A stretch of 64,000 nucleotides of DNA from Eledone cirrhosa (taxonomy: Eukaryota): assembly GCA_964016885.1 (NCBI GenBank), contig OZ024741.1:318618001-318682000 (forward strand), given 5' to 3'. Of this stretch, positions 27,726 to 42,580 are shown piece by piece (position 1 is the first letter of the stretch; each line of letters starts with the position of its first letter). A program made the position numbers and the translations under genes. The notes below the pieces were generated by a model. That model saw only the letters and a list, made by a program, of their open reading frames with translations. It searched no databases and had not been told where the DNA came from.

Positions 27726-27728
<3 letters not shown>
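25878..27728 (-). mobile_element. 5'-truncated Penelope-like element with inverted terminal copy
   Basis: GIY-YIG remnant 27143-27575 (CNCRIKNKCPLNNHCL...YFGSTSTSFKARLYNH...LSKLIWSLKD...CNLCLNEK); ~60 bp inverted repeat 25878-25935 vs 27582-27640; internal tandem duplications. Confidence 0.85.
25915..25981 (-). ncRNA. Type I minimal hammerhead ribozyme
   Basis: ttttat-CTGATGA-long GU-rich stem II-GAAA-TGCGC-ATA-ataaaa; palindromic stem III ATGCGCAT. Confidence 0.8.
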
Positions 27729-27816
<88 letters not shown>

Positions 27817-28049
27817 TCCAACTTGGTATTGTTCCTACAATTTTTCTTATCTCTCACTCATTTCATATTTTTAGTTTGATAAAGGGTTTTACCAGAAACT
27901 CCAGATCAGTTCCACATTCTCTATTCAGTGTAAATATCTATTCAATGACATGTCTTATTTTTCCACACTTTTGTCACTTTTCGTTATCTATAACATTTTA
28001 TCTTTGCTCCGTCTTGTTTTCTATATCATCTAGACATATACATATATAT

Positions 28050-28145
<96 letters not shown>

Positions 28146-28191
28146 AACTAAAATAAATAAGTCAAATATTTAAAATTTGGCTTCGTTTATT

Positions 28192-28246
28192 ACTGCTATA
28201 TATATTTCGGTGACAGCCATATTTGGCTGTGACCTCTTCAGGCAGT
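28192..28246 (-). ncRNA. Type I minimal hammerhead ribozyme
   Basis: actgc-CTGAAGA-ggtcacagcca aata tggctgtcacc-GAAA-TATAT-ATA-gcagt. Confidence 0.8.
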
Positions 28247-28700
28247 CCGAATTAGTGTGGTAGAGACGAGTACACATGTTGTTGAGGTGTTTAACTTTGT
28301 CAATACTCTGATATGCCCACTTCCTGGTTGGGTTGTTGTTTCTATGAGGAACTGGAATCATATGAATTTAAACAAACGAATTTCAACGTCAAAGGACATC
28401 CTCTCCTTCCATTGGTCAGTTGTGAGAACATTCCTCAGTCAAAAGTCTATAGAAATTCGTTCTGAGGCGAGGCAATCTGTAGTGGTTGTTTTTGTTATTG
28501 TTAAGTACATCTGACCTCTACCCTTATGTTGGTAGTGGTTTTGGTGCTGGGGTGAGACTTAAGTCCTGCTGCTGTTTATTTTAGAAGGATCTGTGTGTGT
28601 GTGTTGGCATCTATGCTGCCGCCATTTCTCATGGTGGTGGGCGGGGCAAGTATATGAAGAGATAAAAGGCAATAAGATGAAGAAAATAAATATATATATA

Positions 28701-30272
28701 ACGGGTGTACCAGCAAAATTATCCAAATTTTAGATTCAACTTCGAACCTCTGTATTTCAGGAATGCTTAAAGATAACTTAATTGAATTGTCAGGGGTTTG
28801 CTAACACTATTGTACTCTACGTTCAGCCAGAAAAAGAGTTGATTACTCTCCAAGCTCACCAGAAGAATTCGTGATGAAGTTTAATCATGGACGAAAATGA
28901 CAATTCCATAAATAACTAACCATAACTCAGGATTGGGAGCTCATAAACGATTGGAATAAAGTTCGAATGGAATCTTAAAGTTTTATTCCAAAGTGCCAGA
29001 GACAATCCTGGCCGAAATCCTAACTGTTAGGCATCAAGACTTGATCCTCTTTTGGCAATGACTTCCTCAACCCTCTTTCTGACCACAAGCTTTCTTAATG
29101 AATTCTTCACTAATGTCTTTCTCCCATGTCCTACGAGTGACGATTTTGAGGACTTGCAGGTTAATCTGGAGTTGCTCACAAGCTTTTCTAGCCAGTTCAT
29201 TCAAGATGCTCAAGTCTAATGGATTCAAATCAGGTGATGAAGGTGGCCAAGTTTCCTTATCTCAAAACCTGTTCCCAAACTCATCCCTGAGAAATTTTTG
29301 AGCCACTGCACTTATGTGACAAGTAACTCCGTCTTGCTGGAATGTAAACTTGAAGTCCTTAGCGATCTTGTTGGGGTTTCCCTTGACTCTTGCCTCAGGA
29401 TATTCAGAGAGCATCCAGGTCTTTACATTTTTCAAAACCTGAACATAACAAACTCTTGTCAGACTCTCAGCCTTCTCAAACATGAGCAATTGTATCTTCT
29501 TGTCATCAGAGACCACGCGGGCGAAAATCATTAATTTGGCAGGGTTTTTGCAGCTGAAAATGACATTTTTGTCTCTCTTGTAAGGATCTAAAACCAGAAT
29601 GCGGCTGTTGCATCTGTTTGTGTGCGTATCTTGGGGGAAATTGTTCTCATCTGTGTAAAAGATCACTCCAGGATTATGTTTCACTTTGTTCAAGATGCTC
29701 TTCGCCCACTTCAACCTTCTAACCTTTTGTCCTGGAGTAACAAGGTGCCTCAGGTCTCACATACGATTTTATTTTCAAACCTTCTGTCACCGCTCTTTCA
29801 ACTGTCATAGCTGAAACTCATCCCTCACGTGCCAAGTACCTTATGGATTGAGTTGGATCTCTTCTTATTGATCTCTTCAGCTCCAGATTGAAATGATGAA
29901 CACTCTGGCGGTTATGACCTCCTGATCAAGTTTTCTTCTTTATTATTCCCTCTTTCTCAAACTTATTCACAATTCTCTTGATGGTTCTAGAGTGGACTTT
30001 GAAGATGGACGCCAGAGAATGAATGTTGCTTCCATTGAAGGCCTGGATGATCTTAGTCCGCTCAACATTGCACAGTTGGGAAGACATGGTGAGGCTGGCA
30101 CTAAACGATTTCTGTCTGCTCTCTTCCTAACTAAATATCTCAATAGGTATTTCACTGATTCTTTGGTTTCCAGATGTCTTATCTGGAAACATGGAAGACT
30201 GCAAAGCGATTAGTTTATTGGTTTTAAGATGTTTTAAGAATCTGTGAGCGTGACAATTTTGCTGTTACACCC

Positions 30273-30274
<2 letters not shown>
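28701..30274 (-). mobile_element. Tc1/mariner DNA transposon fossil (maT/DD37D-like)
   Basis: TIRs (A/C)CGGGTGTA(C/A)CAGCAAAATT flanked by TA; transposase motifs FYTDENNF, FQQDG..CH, WPPSSPDLNPLD; contains stops. Confidence 0.9.
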
Positions 30275-30308
<34 letters not shown>

Positions 30309-30311
30309 CGC

Positions 30312-30348
<37 letters not shown>

Positions 30349-30457
30349 CATTTTATTAAGGCTAAATAGTGAATCTGGTTAGTCTGGAATTTCACCTGTT
30401 TATCACAGTATTAACAGATGAAACTCCAGAGTAATAAGACACATTTATATATGTGTA

Positions 30458-30672
<215 letters not shown>

Positions 30673-31625
30673 ATGTATGTGTGGTTATGTGTGTGTGTAT
30701 ATATATATATGTGTACATATAGGCGATGGAATGAGTTAAAATGGAAGAAAAGAAATATTTGGAATAATTCGGTAAAATTAAATGTAAACCTAGCGACTTT
30801 GACTAAATAAATACAATCACATGCCTCTAGACTTTCGGATGTTTGAACACAATTCACAATACAGAAATGTTATTTTCTTTTTAGTTTTATATCATAGATA
30901 ATTAAGATAGGCGCACAAATTTAAAAATAAAATACTAATTTATGTATTCCGAAATTATACGTAATTTAGTAAATGCAACAAGGAAAAAAATAAGAAATAA
31001 TAAAACTACAATTTTTATTTATTATTTTTCTTATTTTTGTTGGGTTTTTTTTTCGGTTTTTTTTTTGGTTTTTTTTTATTAATTTGGAAATTAAGATATC
31101 ATATAAATCATGTAAATTTGTCTTTCCAAATTTTAATCTTATTCTCTTCCCCGAATTTTTTATAATTTCAATTGTTATAATAATCTTGTTGCTTTTTCGG
31201 CGAATATTTCTTTCTATATTACTATACAACGGATTACAGAAACCTTCATCTTTAGCGGTCTGCTGAGATTAAAGATTGTAGAAGCCAAATGCTTTATCGA
31301 TATTTATGCGACACACATTCCTGCCTGATAAAATAAATATCCTACACAACAACAAACATTACATTTTTATATTTTTTGCTTATTTCTTTTCGTTTTATTT
31401 TGTTTTTATTGGTTTTATCATGTTTCATTTTTATCTGAGAAATAATTTAGTCACTGGCATACAATTATACACTACCTGATCACCTGATCTTTATACACTC
31501 ATACAAACGGAAACTGGCAATTGAAAGACTATATATATATATGTGTGTGCGCGCGCGTGTGTATACGTATATACATACACACACACGCACACACACAGAC
31601 ACACGCATATATATATTGATATATA

Positions 31626-31684
<59 letters not shown>

Positions 31685-31852
31685 ATATAGAATATATTTA
31701 TATATATATATTAATTTGGATTTAACACACGCAAGTATGGATAACTGCTAAAAACAGAAATAGACCGACTTACATCTCACACGCGCTCATATACAAACAC
31801 AAACACACAAACACAGACACACGATGCCTATAGATAGACCGACCTACTACTG

Positions 31853-31907
<55 letters not shown>

Positions 31908-33344
31908 CACACTCACACATTCAGACACACGCTTATACACACACATACACACGCACATATATATATACACACACATACAAATGAACACAGGTAGAAACAC
32001 AGGCATATACATATACACGCAATGTTTCCTGTTATGAACCTCCTACAAAAGAAGTGAACATATTGTAACGGCTTTTATAAATCTTGAAACAGCCATCGAG
32101 GCGTGACCTTTCTGCTCTCTGAACACTCACTGTGGCTAGAGCAGAACAAAATCGCCAAAAATACAAAATGTAAAAATGTCAAAACTATAGCCATATTAAC
32201 TTGCGACCACATAAACATGAAAGGAAAAATAACTGTTGCTGAGCAGATTTATTTCTGCTGGTTATCTTTAAATCTGATTCTAAATGTTATATGCCTTATT
32301 CTTTATCCTTTTTAGTTTCTCTGACCCGTTCTATAGGCGGTGAATTGGCAGAGTCGTTAAATCGTCAGATGATTTCTATATCCCATTCTATAGGCAGTGA
32401 ATTGGTAGAGACGTGAGAACGTTAGCTGATATCTATAGCCCATTCTATAGATAGTGAAAGTGCAGAGTTGTTAAAACATCAGACGGTTTCTCTAACCTGT
32501 TCTATCGGCGGTGATCATCAGACAATATGTGTCGTAGTATTCGAACCCATGAGGTCTGAACCGAACACTCTAACAATTACGCAATTATTTATATAGGCAC
32601 TAGCGGAGATCTTCCAGCCTTTAAAAACCCAAAAAAGTGTCCCAAAATGGGGTGAAATGAGGCAAAATGGGGAGATTTTACATAATGTAAACTATACCCT
32701 TTTTCACAAGAGAAGACAACTCTCACCCACTTTGGGGTGGTCTGCTAGCTTGGTGTATTAGCAGAATTGGTAGAGCGTGGGATAAACTGCCATTGAGGTA
32801 ACTGTTCTGGATTTTCACATTCTGAGTTCAAACCGCGCTGAGGTCAACTTGGCTTTGCATCTTCTCGAGGTCGATACAATAAATCACCAATCAAGTACTG
32901 TGGTTAATATAATCCTCTTTGCCCTTTTCCCGCTGGCCTTATCCCTAAATTAGAAATAACGTAGACACTCGGGCGGTAAGCAGGCAAAATCGGTAGAGCT
33001 TCGGACAAAATGCTTTGCGACATTTAGTGACGGTACAACTTTGCCTTTCATGATTCCGAGATCGATAAAATAAAGTACCAGTCATATACTTGGGTCGATG
33101 TAATTGACTTCTCCCCTCCCCACAAATTGCAGGCCACGTGCCTAAATCAGAAATCCCTTTTATTAATTATTGCAGACATTCTTAATCAATATTTTCAATT
33201 ATGAGACATATTAGTTGTATATGATGCAATTTCACTTTTCATATAATGTCCATTGCTTTTGTTGTGAAAGCGTATGGCTTAGTGGTTAGGTCGCTTAATT
33301 CACAATCGTAAGATGAATTACTGAATGTATGTTATGTCTCGGAG

Positions 33345-33515
33345 CAGAGGTTCTCAAAGTGGGCGCTACCGTTCCCGCCCGGGGGTCGTTGAGAAGGTTC
33401 AGGGAGCGCTGTGGTCTAAGGGGATGGTGAGGGGCAGGTCTCTCTGGAAATAGGATTGGGGCCGTTGAGGATATTACGTGGCCATGAGGGAGGCCCAAAA
33501 GTTTGAGAACCTCTG
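33345..33515. mobile_element. hAT/Charlie-type MITE inserted in an S2 SINE
   Basis: TIR CAGAGGTTCTCAAA/TTTGAGAACCTCTG; the SINE resumes at GAGCAAGACAC. Confidence 0.8.
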
Positions 33516-34350
33516 TTCTAGAGCAAGACACTATATTTCACGTTACTCCAGTCCATTTAGCTAGGAAAACGGAGTATGTCTGTGATTCAAAGGGCCAGCT
33601 TTATCATATACTGTATCATGCTGGAGCTCTCTGATAATTATGTCAAACGTACACGTGCCTGTGAACTGTTAAGGCACGTACACTATAATACAAAGTGTAT
33701 TTAACCTGTAAATCAGAGGTCCAGCCTTGTCACACAATGTGTTATGCTGAATCAACTTCTTACACGTTAATTTCCAAAAACTAATGGAGGTCTCACATAC
33801 ACAGTGACACATACACACACACACACACTCATACACGCACACACAAATATATATATATATATATAGTTTTGTTTTCACTTCTCCCTATATTATTTATTAA
33901 AGATTTCTTATAAGTTGTGTTACAGTTCTTTCCATCGAAATAATTCATTTAAATGAATACAACATTGGAACATTATTCTTACAGTAGAGTTGGTAACGTT
34001 ACAGATGATATCGGACGGGAAAAATAAGAATATGTATATTCTAAAGACATCTGAGTTAAATTATAACTTAATTACAGCGGACATTTTAGCAAACAGCTAA
34101 TATATTTAAAAGCTTCGTCATTTTCAATTACCTAGCTACAAATGTTGATTTACATGCACTTATATAAATCGAGTGTAGCTACAGTCTTTATACGCGCACA
34201 GCACATACATATACACACACATACATACACACATACACGCGCGCGCACATACACATAAAAATCTATCTATATATATATATTCACAAGCATATTCTACATA
34301 CATACATACATATATATATACATACATTTACATATATATACGTACATACA

Positions 34351-34382
<32 letters not shown>

Positions 34383-34391
34383 CATACACAT

Positions 34392-34478
<87 letters not shown>

Positions 34479-35890
34479 ATGCAGGTATAGCAAAGTGAGG
34501 TTTATAAAAGCTCTACACATACACATATAATGGATGCATAGATGGATACGAAAGTAGATATGTATACCTACATATGCTTCCTCGCACATATGAATATATG
34601 AATATATGTATATTATATATATATATATGCATGTGCCTATGCACGCCTCCCCCTCCACACACACACACACACACACATATATAGAGAGAGATTGAGAGAG
34701 TGGAAGAGAGCAAGAGAGGATGGGCACAAGCGTAAGAAAAGAGCATTCAACACATATCTATGTCATCAGTTTGTCTTATTTATGCATTACCAGCGGTTTC
34801 AAGACGTAAATTCGTATAGCTTCATAGAAGCCTGCAAATGACTAAACAAAAACAAAACAGACAATGCAGTGTAGCAGAGTGTTCCTAGGGGCCTCCATTG
34901 ATTGGCTTAGATCCCGGGATGATAAATTAGTGACATCAGTTAAATACACTAATAGTGAAAGATTGTTGACTTGGTGGCAGGCACTAATAGTGAAAGATTG
35001 TTGACTAGCAGGTCTTTTGCGCTGTGGATCTAGTATCGCTACCGGACTGAATGTAAGACCTTTTGGTGGGTGTGTAGTTATTGTCAGAGTGATGCGGGCG
35101 TTTTTTATGGTATATACGCTGGTTTGAGGGTGTGGGCTGTCTGCTGCCCCCATACACATAATCCAGGTGGTGCTAAGGGAGTCTGTGTGGGATATCCATG
35201 GCCAGCGGACTGAAATTGGTTAACAGAGCGCTCTCTGGTGTCAGCAAGACTTTACGTCAGATTTCCTGTTAATGGTTGTTGCAGCTTTTGTAACCTCTCG
35301 TGGAAATAGAGTTGGCAGTTGCGGCCCTCGAGCCGCAAAGGAGTGTTCTGCACAGAGTGCTTCATTTAATGCTGGAATGCTGTCCTTGGTCGTGGTCTCT
35401 CTAGATAGAACGAGACACTCTAATCACTGGGCCACACGCCTTGACCGAATCAGCTTCTTATTTTTTCAATATGGAACAATATAAGTCAATTGAAATGGCT
35501 TTAATTTACTTTTGAAGTATTTATAGAAAAGAAATATCGTATATACCTACATAAAAGTCGACCACTCATCCCTCAAATTTTTTGCTAAAAGAATTTTAGG
35601 TTTTTCCATGTATCTCGTGTAAAAGTCGATCCTGAGTCTTCACAGATCAACATTTGTGAATCAAAATATTATCCGGATCATAAATGTGTCACAATAAGAA
35701 AATTGATTTTTCAATGCTATTATATTTCTGATGTTGACATAAAAACACACGTCCTACTAAATAGATCATGTTATTTTTTAATGACATTATGATTGTGCCC
35801 CAGAGAGAAGATGGGACTAAAATCCTCGTCGTCAGTGGATATATGTTTTCAACTGTATTTAGGGATACTGAAGCTAACCATCGTACATAA

Positions 35891-36289
35891 CAGAGATCTC
35901 AAACACGGGACTCATGGGCCGCTTGCGGCACATAAACTACTTTCCTATGGCAATTTCCTAAAACATGGCAATTTTTCCCTTGTTCCTTCCATACTCTTGC
36001 AATTCACTCATGATTAAAATGGAAAAAACTGATTTCATCAAAAGTGGAAGTGCATAAAAAGTAAATAAACTAAAAAAAATCGGAACATTTGAAACGAAAC
36101 ATCTGTCCCCTACATTTCGTAATAATTCATATATCCCACTTACTATCATATGTGTATTCATATTGACGGGGCAAAAAAACAAATAGCGGCCTATCACCGA
36201 CACCCCTCCTACCCTATTTCAATGTTGGCCCCTGTAATTCTCCCCTGGGATATAATGGTTCTTTTGAGACCTTGAGTTTTAGACCTCTG
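35891..36289. mobile_element. hAT/Charlie-type non-autonomous element
   Basis: TIR CAGAGATCTCAAAC/GTTTTAGACCTCTG; degenerate 8-bp TSD GTACATAA/GTATAAAA. Confidence 0.65.
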
Positions 36290-37350
36290 GTATAAAACAG
36301 CACGAAGAGGTGAAAATGTAGAAAATATTTATTTATTTATCAATATTGTAGAAAATATTTATTTTACATATTTATTCAATTTCCAACTCCACAGTGAAGG
36401 TGCATGTCCTATTGGTTAAGGTGCATTGAAGTCATGATCATAAGGTCCGAACACACCCGATTTCTTCTAAAGAAAGAGAGAAACAGAGTGGCAGAGAAAA
36501 CGTGAGGAAGAGATATAAAGAGGAATTGACCCCAGTACGGGACTGTTTTTTTTTATCAACCTTGAAAGAATTAAAGGCAAAATATTACAATATATAAAAC
36601 GAAAATGAATTATTTTATTCATATCTAAACAATACTGTGAGTATTAAGAAACTCTCGGAAGAGCTGAACTGCAGATCTTCAGAGAAGAAACCCCTTTATT
36701 TTGGCCATTAACTCCTTAAACTTTAAGGGGATAGGGCCGCATCTAGGTCATGACTCCAGGGTGCCCTTTTGTTCGCGCCTTTTAACTACTGGATATCCGA
36801 GACTTGTGGACTTAAAACGTATGGAGATCGCTTTTGTTCTTCCTCAACAAGATCCAATTGGAACTCCTCTCCGCTGGCTATGCTATCAAATAAACAAATA
36901 TTGCCGGGGAAACGGGAAGGAGTTCCAGTACAGGACTGGCACTTTATTTTTATCGATTTCGAAAGGAAGAAAGACAAAATATAACAACAAATATTTAAAA
37001 AAAACAATAAGAAAATGATTTACTATATTCATATATAAACAATACTAAGACTATATCATAAAAGATTTGCGTTGCCTGGTATTTACGTCCATTTCTTTAT
37101 GAAAGAAAATCAAAGGGGATTATATGCATTTTGTTACAATAACATTTCATCCCAAATTTATATCTTTCATGTTGATTACAGTAGATGTTTTTAGTGAAGC
37201 TATTTAGTCGGTATTATATCGATTATGCCAACGAAGTATACAATGTTTTAGGAATGTACGTGCGTTTTTAATGTGACAATGTACAATTAATCAACGGTGT
37301 TGTTTATGATTTTTTTTTATACATACACACCCACACGCACATATGTACAA

Positions 37351-37437
<87 letters not shown>

Positions 37438-37621
37438 CAGCGAGATCGTATTTCGGCTGTGGTCAAAAACAAAGCGAAACGCAATTTTTAAGATATGGAC
37501 TAAAAGAAGACCAGAGCAATTAACATACGTTATAGAACCCATAAAAAGTGAAGACGGCGGACATGAAGCAATCAGCCACCGGAGCAAAAAAAAACGAAGC
37601 AAGCTAAACAGGTTAAACAAA

Positions 37622-37684
<63 letters not shown>

Positions 37685-37687
<3 letters not shown>

Positions 37688-37885
37688 CAAAGAAAGTGTG
37701 GTAAGGAACCAGGTGGACCATAATGCACCAGAATACTCGATGCTTAGGGTAGTATAGTGGGTAATAGGACAAGATTCAGAATCCCGACGGCTGAGCTCCG
37801 CCCGTTTCGACAGCTAGATCCGAGCAGTTGGGATCTAGCTGTCGAAACGGCCGGAGCTCAACCATCGGGATCCTGACTCTTTTCC
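37685..37885. mobile_element. Family B PLE terminus with fold-back arm
   Basis: Homologous to 13517-13650; hairpin about 37770-37881; (TA)n on both sides. Confidence 0.8.
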
Positions 37886-37970
37886 TATATACATATATAT
37901 ATATATATATATACGTATATATATACGCGTGTGTGTGTGTTTGTACATACACAAAGATGCATGCACACAC

Positions 37971-38044
<74 letters not shown>

Positions 38045-38256
38045 GTGTAAAAAAGTCATAAACAACGCCGTCACACACACCCACACACACATATATATCT
38101 ATATACTGTATATATATGATAACTAACAAGTTATCGCAGTTCTGCTTACATGCCAACACAAGAGCAAGAATGAGGGGGTCATTCTACTGACATGGCTTAA
38201 AAGAGGCTGTTTGCATAATTGCAAACGAATCGAATATCATTATTAATATTCGAAAA

Positions 38257-38445
38257 GGGCGTTGAATTGGCAGTATCGGTAGAGGGTCTGACGCCATGCT
38301 TTGCAGGATAGAGTTACGGCCCTTTCCATTCTGAGTTCAAATCCCGCCGAGGTTAACTTTGCCTTTCATCCTTACGGGGTCGATAAAATAAAGTACCAGT
38401 AATGCACTGGGTAATTTCTGGCCTTGTGCCAAAAGTAGAAACAAT
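38257..38445 (+). mobile_element. S1 SINE with ~18-bp TSD
   Basis: ATTATTAATATTCGAAAA on both sides. Confidence 0.85.
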
Positions 38446-38475
38446 TATTAATATTCGAAAAACTCAGATTACATT

Positions 38476-38531
<56 letters not shown>

Positions 38532-38762
38532 CAATGAAGGCGCGTAGCTGAGTAGTTAGAGAATTGAATTCGCAAACGTGAGTTTGTGAGATCTATTCCA
38601 GGACAGGGCAATGCATTATGTCCTTGAGCAAGACACTTTATTTCACGTTGCTCCTTCTATCTGGAGTTGCGACCGATAGATAGTATTAGCAATTGGAAAG
38701 ACCAATGGAAATATTGTTTCCTCGGTCCGATTTGGCGAAAGTCGATCGACTGCTGTCGATAT

Positions 38763-38814
<52 letters not shown>

Positions 38815-38821
<7 letters not shown>

Positions 38822-39313
38822 TCTTTAAGTCGTTTGGAAGCCTCGACAATGCAAATGGGTAAATCTCCGGGTAACAAGATCCGGTGGTGGAGAGAGAGAT
38901 GTAAGCGGGTGTAAGTTGAGATGCGTGGTGTGTATAAGATGTGTAGAAGAATGAAGGAAAGAGTATAAAGGATAAAATAAAAATAACAACACGAGAGAGT
39001 GTTACCTTGGGAGAGATTTAATTGTCCCTAGTTGATGGATGTGAATCCGAAATATATAGGGACAATTAAATCTCTCCCAAGGTAACTCTCTCGTGTTGTT
39101 ATTTTTATTTTATCCTTTATACTCTTTCCTTCATTCTTCTACACATCTTATACACACCACGCATCTCAACGTACACCCACTTACATCTCTCTCTCCACCA
39201 CCGGATCTTGTTACCCGGAGATTTACCCATTTGCATTGTCGAGGCTTCCAAACGACTTAAAGATAATTACTTATTATTCCACAATGCTTCAAGCAAACTT
39301 CAATACTCTCTTA
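38815..39313. mobile_element. Fold-back element: ~215 bp arms around a 26-nt loop, plus a 45-nt tail
   Basis: 38815-39030 is the reverse complement of 39057-39268; (TA)n on both sides. Confidence 0.85.
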
Positions 39314-39314
39314 C

Positions 39315-39609
<295 letters not shown>

Positions 39610-40200
39610 GAAAGAGAGGGGGGGATAGAGAGAGAAAGTGGGGGAGAACGCGTATGTCACGGTTGATATTATAATATTTGCAATAAAATTATAATAAATA
39701 ATAATAAAAACTCCATGGTCATCAGCCGACGAAATGGACGTCCGACAATTCAGATATATATGAATTACTCAGCCATTTATATGTTAATTTCATATGCAAA
39801 TTGTTCCGTTGTATTGAACAACTAGAACACTCATCGTCGAAACCGACGGAAGTCCATTCTACTCTAGAGAAAGAGTAAGAACTGTTCATTTTATTCGTGT
39901 CCTTTGAATTGCAACTGATTAGAAAAAAACGGAAATAACTGACATTTAGTCATCATACTTTTGTCTAAATTAAGGGACGCCACTGTAAATATTCGCACAC
40001 AAACACACATATACACATACATACATACATATATGTGGGGCGCTTCTCACTTTCAGATAAGAGCAGAACGTTTTTCACATGTTTAAATTTTCACAGCGAT
40101 CTCTATAAACTATAGTTATACCTACATTAAATGTATCTTAATATGTCTAATATGCTAAATGTTGTGTATAAAGATTAATTACATACATACTGTCGCACGT

Positions 40201-40303
<103 letters not shown>

Positions 40304-40306
40304 TAC

Positions 40307-40570
40307 ATGATGACTGCAAATCGATTTCGAGTAATGCCATCGCTTGATACGTACTTAAGCATGAGTATAACGGACGTGGCTTTTTAGTCCTGCTAGGGAC
40401 TTGTCTATGGCCAGCCGTACTATACATCGCAAAAAATGTCACATGTCAAGCGATAAGTGTGCTTGTACCTTTTTTTAAGTGAGGCAATGCTTTGTGCGGG
40501 GCCAATCTCACTCTCTGAACATCGAATGCATTTATCCAAAAAGAAGAACTGGTCTACACCATTGGATGCA
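40307..40570 (-). mobile_element. Older diverged relative of family A
   Basis: [11 protein letters not shown] remnant and shared CCAAAAAGAAGAAC...CATTGGAT block; (TATG) tail. Confidence 0.6.
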
Positions 40571-40637
40571 TACATACATACATACATACATACATACATA
40601 CATACATACATACATACATACATACATACATACATAC

Positions 40638-41300
40638 ATGGTGGCTGCCAACTCCTTTTCGAGTACGGCCACTACTTTATATCCATGTAGGAGAACCCCT
40701 ACCAATGCGCTGAACGAGTGTGACTTTTCAGTCCAGCCAGCGACTTGAAAACTGGTACAAACACTACACTTGTGACAATTATTGACACATAGTGCTGGGC
40801 CCATGGTACCATGTGATGACAAGTGAGGAGAGATCTCCATATATAAAGCAATGCCTGTGCCGTGAAGCTTTTATAGTGAGCAAAGGCACTGCACAAAGCC
40901 AGTCCCACTCTCTTAACCAAGATGATATTTACCAAAAAGAAGAACAAGTCAACATCATTGGATACCATCAGGGTTGCAGGTGTTATATCAGAGTTTTCCT
41001 TCTCCTAGAATTCTGCCTTGGCAAAGGCTAAGGGGTTATCTCTCCCGGTGATATTGGATGGCCATTGACTCTTAAGAGCTCCTTTGCCCTTTGACAGGTT
41101 TTGCTTTTAGTCCTGCAGGATGTCCAAAGTCACCCTCCTCACCAAGAAACCTTGGTGGGGTTGCCAGTTTAGTCGCCAACTACCCGACCATGGGACAGGT
41201 AGTACTGGGATACATACTGTCCCATGGTCGGGTCGTTGGCGACTAAACTGGCAACCCCACCAAGGTTTCTTGGTGAGGAGGGTGACTTTGGACATCCTGC
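40638..41300 (-). mobile_element. Family A copy 3 with 5' fold-back (41115-41300)
   Basis: Matches 729-1181; 41218-41300 is an inverted copy of 41115-41198. Confidence 0.8.
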
Positions 41301-41333
41301 ATACATACATACATACATACATACATACATACA

Positions 41334-41367
<34 letters not shown>

Positions 41368-41745
41368 CATACATACATATATGCATACGTACATATATAC
41401 ATACATATACATACATGCATACGTACATATATACATACATATACATACATGCATACGTACATATATACATTGGTTGTTACCAGTTTTAACAAGTAAAACC
41501 ATTGTTCAGCTTAGTACTCAATACTTAAGAAAGTAGAGAGTAGGTATTATAATGAGTTTCTGTCCGACGGTGGAGTTTTTATCGTTTCGATGGCGCGAGG
41601 ATAAAAAATCTTTGAAACGGTAAAAGCTCAGCCATCGAGCAGTAACACCTTATAATATATATATATATGCAAAAAGTAAACGAAAAAACACCAAAGCAAA
41701 CAACATAGTACAATGAAGAAATATATTGATACAGTAGGAAAATAG

Positions 41746-41781
41746 TCTTTACGTTTCGAACTCAAGTCTTTCATCAGAAGA
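41746..41781 (-). ncRNA. Hammerhead-like motif in a short repeat family (relatives at about 55155-55192 and 3152-3190)
   Basis: tctt-CTGATGA-aagacttgagttc-GAAA-C-GTA-aaga; stem II imperfect. Confidence 0.55.
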
Positions 41782-42121
41782 TAGAATAAGAAATAAAAGA
41801 TGAAATAGAAAGATAGAGAGTGAGAAGAAGCAAAAACGAACACTATGTTTTAGACAAAGCACATATGTATTAAGTCAGCCCTATATATGCAGATGAGATA
41901 TTACTATTTGAGGCAAGTAAGCCGATTATTCATAAGCTTATGCTGTTTCAAAACGGCATAAGTTCAACCGTGGGGGTCTAAGTTTGTCGACCTCCTCGTA
42001 TTGGCCCTGGAAACTGATCAGTGATCGCTGATCTTGATCAGGCGAACAACAACCTGAGGCCAACTCTTACGCAAAAAGTTTAACCGTAAGATGATGAATG
42101 TTTTGAATATGTATAAGTGAG

Positions 42122-42289
<168 letters not shown>

Positions 42290-42501
42290 TAGGTGTGTGT
42301 GTGTAGGAGCGAGTGTTTCATAAAGAGAAGTGACAGAAGTGAAGCCTAATAAATATATAGTGGGCCAGGAATTCAGCTGGGCGAGTACTAAACAAACATA
42401 TGTATATACGTTGAAAGATATATATACGTCCACGCACACACATATGCGTGTTTTAGAGTACGTGTTTAAAATACCATAGTATTTAAAAGTCAGACATTAA
42501 C

Positions 42502-42580
<79 letters not shown>

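Noticed and set aside
36650-36690. CTGAAGA hammerhead start on the minus strand (also CTGATGA near 39720 and 55486)
   Set aside because: No stem II/GAAA/NUH downstream
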